Notes under the pieces: generated by a model | What the model was told of the DNA's origin: nothing | What the model saw: the letters and a program-made list of their open reading frames with translations, nothing else | The model's database searches: none | Position numbers and translations under genes: made by a program | DNA from: an uncultured Acidobacteriota bacterium | Lineage (GTDB): Bacteria; Acidobacteriota; Thermoanaerobaculia; Multivoradales; SZUA-115 | Assembly: GCA_963805975.1 (NCBI GenBank) | Contig: CAWDVR010000002.1 | Location: forward strand, 1,182,781-1,246,780 | Length of the DNA: 64,000 bases | Direction of reading: 5' to 3' | In this document: positions 61,336-64,000 of the stretch, in pieces | Numbering within the stretch: position 1 is the first letter of the stretch | Layout of the letters: every line of letters begins with the position of its first letter

Positions 61336-63780
61336 ATGAAGACTACCGCCGCGCTCGAGCCCCAGTTCCTCCACCTCATCGCCAAGGAGGTCGGCAGCCG
61401 GCCCACGCAGGTGGAGGCTGCGGCCGCGCTGTTCGCCGAGGGGGCCACGGTGCCGTTCGTGGCCCGCTACCGCAAGGAGGCGACGGGCGGGCTGGACGAC
61501 GCGGCAGCTCGAGGCCGTGGACAAGCGGCGCGAGTACTTCCTGGAGCTGGCCGAGCGGCGCGACGCCATCCTCGCCGCGCATCGCCGAGCAGGGGAAGCT
61601 CGACGCCGAGCTCGAGGCCAGCGATCCGTGCCGCGGTGACCAAGACAGCGCTCGAAGACCTCTACCTGCCCTACAAGCCCAAGCGCCGCACCCGCGCGCA
61701 GATCGCCCGCGAGCGGGGCCTCGAGCCGCTGGCCGACGCTCTCCTCGCCGGCGCCTCGGGCGAGCGGTCTCCGGCGCTGCTCGCCGCGGCCGTTCGTCTC
61801 GGAGGAGAAGGGGGTCGACGACGCCGAAAGCGCCCTCGCCGGGGCGCGGGACATCCTCGCCGAGCGCCTGGCCGAGGACGCCGGGGCCCGCGCCGCGCTG
61901 CGCGAGGTGATGGCGGCCGGGCTACCTACCGCGTCCGCGTGCTCACCGGCAAGGAAGCGGAGGGCGCCGTCTACCGCGACTACTTCGAGCACGACGAGCC
62001 GGCCAGGAGCATCCCCTCGCACCGGCTGCTCGCCGTCCTGCGCGGCGAGCGCGAGGGCTTCCTGATCTCCGAGCTGGGATCGACGACGACGACCGAGGTC
62101 GCGAGCCTCGCCCGGCGTCCTGGGGCCGTGCCGCTCTCGACACCGCCTGCGGCCGGGAGGTCGCCGCGGCCACGCGCAGACGGCTACAAGCGGCTGCTGC
62201 GGCCGTCGATCACCAACGAGGTGCGCTCCGAGCTGCGCGAGCGGGCCGAGGAAGAGGCAATCGCCGTCTTCCGCGCCAACCTGGAGGCCCTGCTGCTCGC
62301 AGGCCCCGCTCGGCCAGGTGGCGGTATGGGGCTCGACCCCGGCTACCGCACCGGCTGCAAGCTGGCGCTGGTGGACTGGCACCGGCCGCGTGGTCGCGAC
62401 CGACGTGATCTACCCGGTGCCGCCCAAGGCGCGACGTGGCCGAGGCCGCGGCGGCGCTCGTGGGGCTGGTGAAGCAGCACGGCGTCCAAGCGCGTCGCGG
62501 TCGGCAACGGCACGGCGAGCCGCGAGACCGAGACCTTCGCCCGCAAGGCCCTGCGCGAGGCGGGTCTCGACAAGGTGATCGTCGCCATCGTGCCGGAGAC
62601 CGGCGCCTCCGTCTACTCGGCCTCGGCCGTGGCCCGCGAGGAGCTGCCCGAGCTCGACGTCTCGCTCCGCGGCGCGGTGTCGATCGCCCGCCGGCTCCAG
62701 GACCCGCTGGCCGAGCTGGTGAAGATCGAGCCGCGCTCGCTGGGCGTCGGCCAGTACCAGCACGACGTGGATCAGAAGTCGCTGGAGCGCGAGCTCGACA
62801 CGGCGGTCGAGGGCGCGGTCAACCGCGTGGGCGTCGAGCTGAACACCGCCTCGGCGTCGCTGCTGCGGCGGGTCTCGGGCCTCTCCGAGCGCCTGGCCCG
62901 GGCCGATCGTCGCCTACCGCGACAGCAACGGGCCCCTTCCGCTCGCGCCAGGCGCTCCTCAAGGTCGACCGGCTTCGGCCCCAAGACCTTCGAGCTGGCG
63001 GCGGGGTTCCTGCGCGTGCGCGACGGCGGCCAACCCGCTCGACCGCACGGCCGTGCACCCCGAGCGCTACGCGGTGGTGGAGAAGATGGCGCGCGAGCTG
63101 GGCGGTGCCGCTCGTCGGACCTGGTCGGCAACCCGGAGGCTCGTGTGCACGTCTCGACTTCTCCCGCTTCGCCGACGAGGCCAGCGGCCTCGGGCGCTTC
63201 ACCCTGGAGGACATCCGCACACGAGCTGGTGCGGCCGGGCCGCGACCCGCGCCCGGAGTTCAAGACGCCCGAGTGGCGGCCGGACGTGACGCGCGGTCAA
63301 GCGACCTCGCGGCCGGGCATGGTGCTCGAGGGCCGGGTCTCGAACGTCACCAACTTCGGCGCCTTCGTGGACATCGGCGTGCACCGCGACGGGCTGGTGC
63401 ACGTCTCCGAGCTGACCCACCGCTGGGTCGCCGACCCGCGGGAGGCGGTGACGGTCGGGCAGGTGGTGAAGGTCAAGGTGCAGTCGGTGGACCACGAGCG
63501 CGAGCGGATCAGCCTGTCGATCAAGGCCCTGCAAGAGCCACCCGCGGCTCCCGCGCCCCGCGAGGCCACTGCCAAGCCTCGGCGCGAGGAACACCCGGCC
63601 CGCGGCGCCAAACCGGCAGCCCCGAAGCCCGCGCCGAGGCCCGCGCCCCCTCCGAGCCGGCCGGAGAGCCGCCCGCCGGCCCCACCCCGCCAGCCGGCGA
63701 CCCTGGCCGACCTGCTCGCCAAGTTCGGGGGCACCAAGCAACAGGCGGGCGATCTCCAGAAGGACAAGACCGGGCGTTGA
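61336..63780 (+). CDS. tex: Tex-family transcription accessory protein with S1 domain (many frameshifts)
   Basis: ATVPFVARYRKEATGGLD, LEDLYLPYKPKRRTRA, LDPGYRTGCK, GASVYSAS, RRLQDPLAELVKI, NVTNFGAFVDIGVH. Confidence 0.93.
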
Positions 63781-63809
63781 GCGGGGCGAGGCCAGCCCGC
63801 TCGATCGCC

Positions 63810-64000
63810 TCAGCCATTGCCGATAAATTGCCGATACATTGCCGATAACCGGTAGCTCCGAGCCCGTCGCGAGGGATCTTCCACCTCGATCCAGCCCTGC
63901 TCCATCCAGCGTGCCAAGAGCACCCTGGCCATCCGCGGCGATAGCTTGAGCTTTCGCACCACCTGGGCCGCGGTCAGGAGCTCGCCTGCCGCAAGGGAAC
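63810..64000 (-). CDS. C-terminal winged-helix end of a probable Fic-family protein (truncated by window end)
   Basis: LTAAQVVRKLKLSPRMARVLLARWMEQGWIEVEDPSRRARSYRLSAMYRQFIGNG*; Fic motif itself lies outside the window. Confidence 0.55.
   Translation of the reverse strand, partial: SLAAGELLTAAQVVRKLKLSPRMARVLLARWMEQGWIEVEDPSRRARSYRLSAMYRQFIGNG
63816..63847. repeat. Three direct repeats ATTGCCGATA with 11-bp period
   Basis: Copies at 63816, 63827 and 63838. Confidence 0.9.

Noticed and set aside
60577-61336. Flanking duplication around the last Phd-VapC pair
   Set aside because: Compared the ABC ATPase 3' end and tex 5' end with the opposite flank; no repeat found.
21480-63780. Programmed frameshifting or phase variation in the antiporter, nucleotidase, ABC genes, GH1 and tex
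   Set aside because: No slippery heptamers or long homopolymer/SSR tracts; the pattern fits sequencing error.
63816-63847. CRISPR-like repeat
   Set aside because: 10-bp units with 1-bp gaps, no spacers and no cas genes.

Overview
High-GC bacterial chromosomal window. An Acidobacteriota (Thermoanaerobaculia-like) origin is inferred from gene style and not verified. 1-9 kb: 3' part of the dcw cluster (mraY-murD-ftsW-murG-murC-ftsQ-ftsA-ftsZ, with no murB or ddl). 9-46 kb: accessory mosaic. It holds a secreted 14-Cys peptide coupled to a 1105-aa beta-sandwich repeat protein; kbp-thiC; a Cache/HAMP Ser/Thr kinase + LysM-FecR + PAS-GGDEF-EAL operon; a five-gene SPFH/zinc-ribbon operon; a second Ser/Thr kinase; a fused 2-oxoacid dehydrogenase E1; and an ECF sigma/anti-sigma/PDZ/5'-nucleotidase operon. 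Across 27.7-64 kb there are five intact toxin-antitoxin pairs plus several internally deleted relics and no transposase or integrase; one pair is flanked by a 55-bp duplication of the neighbouring gene's 3' end. 46-60.6 kb: a LacI-regulated putative beta-1,2-glucan utilisation locus (TonB receptor, GH144-like enzyme, ABC transporter, an uncharacterised discoidin/six-hairpin glycosidase, GH1) with two identical operators. The window ends with tex and a partial Fic-like gene. The many single-base frameshifts, densest from 51.7 to 63.3 kb, look like long-read sequencing errors. No rRNA, tRNA or CRISPR array was seen. All family assignments come from motif recognition by eye, not database searches.
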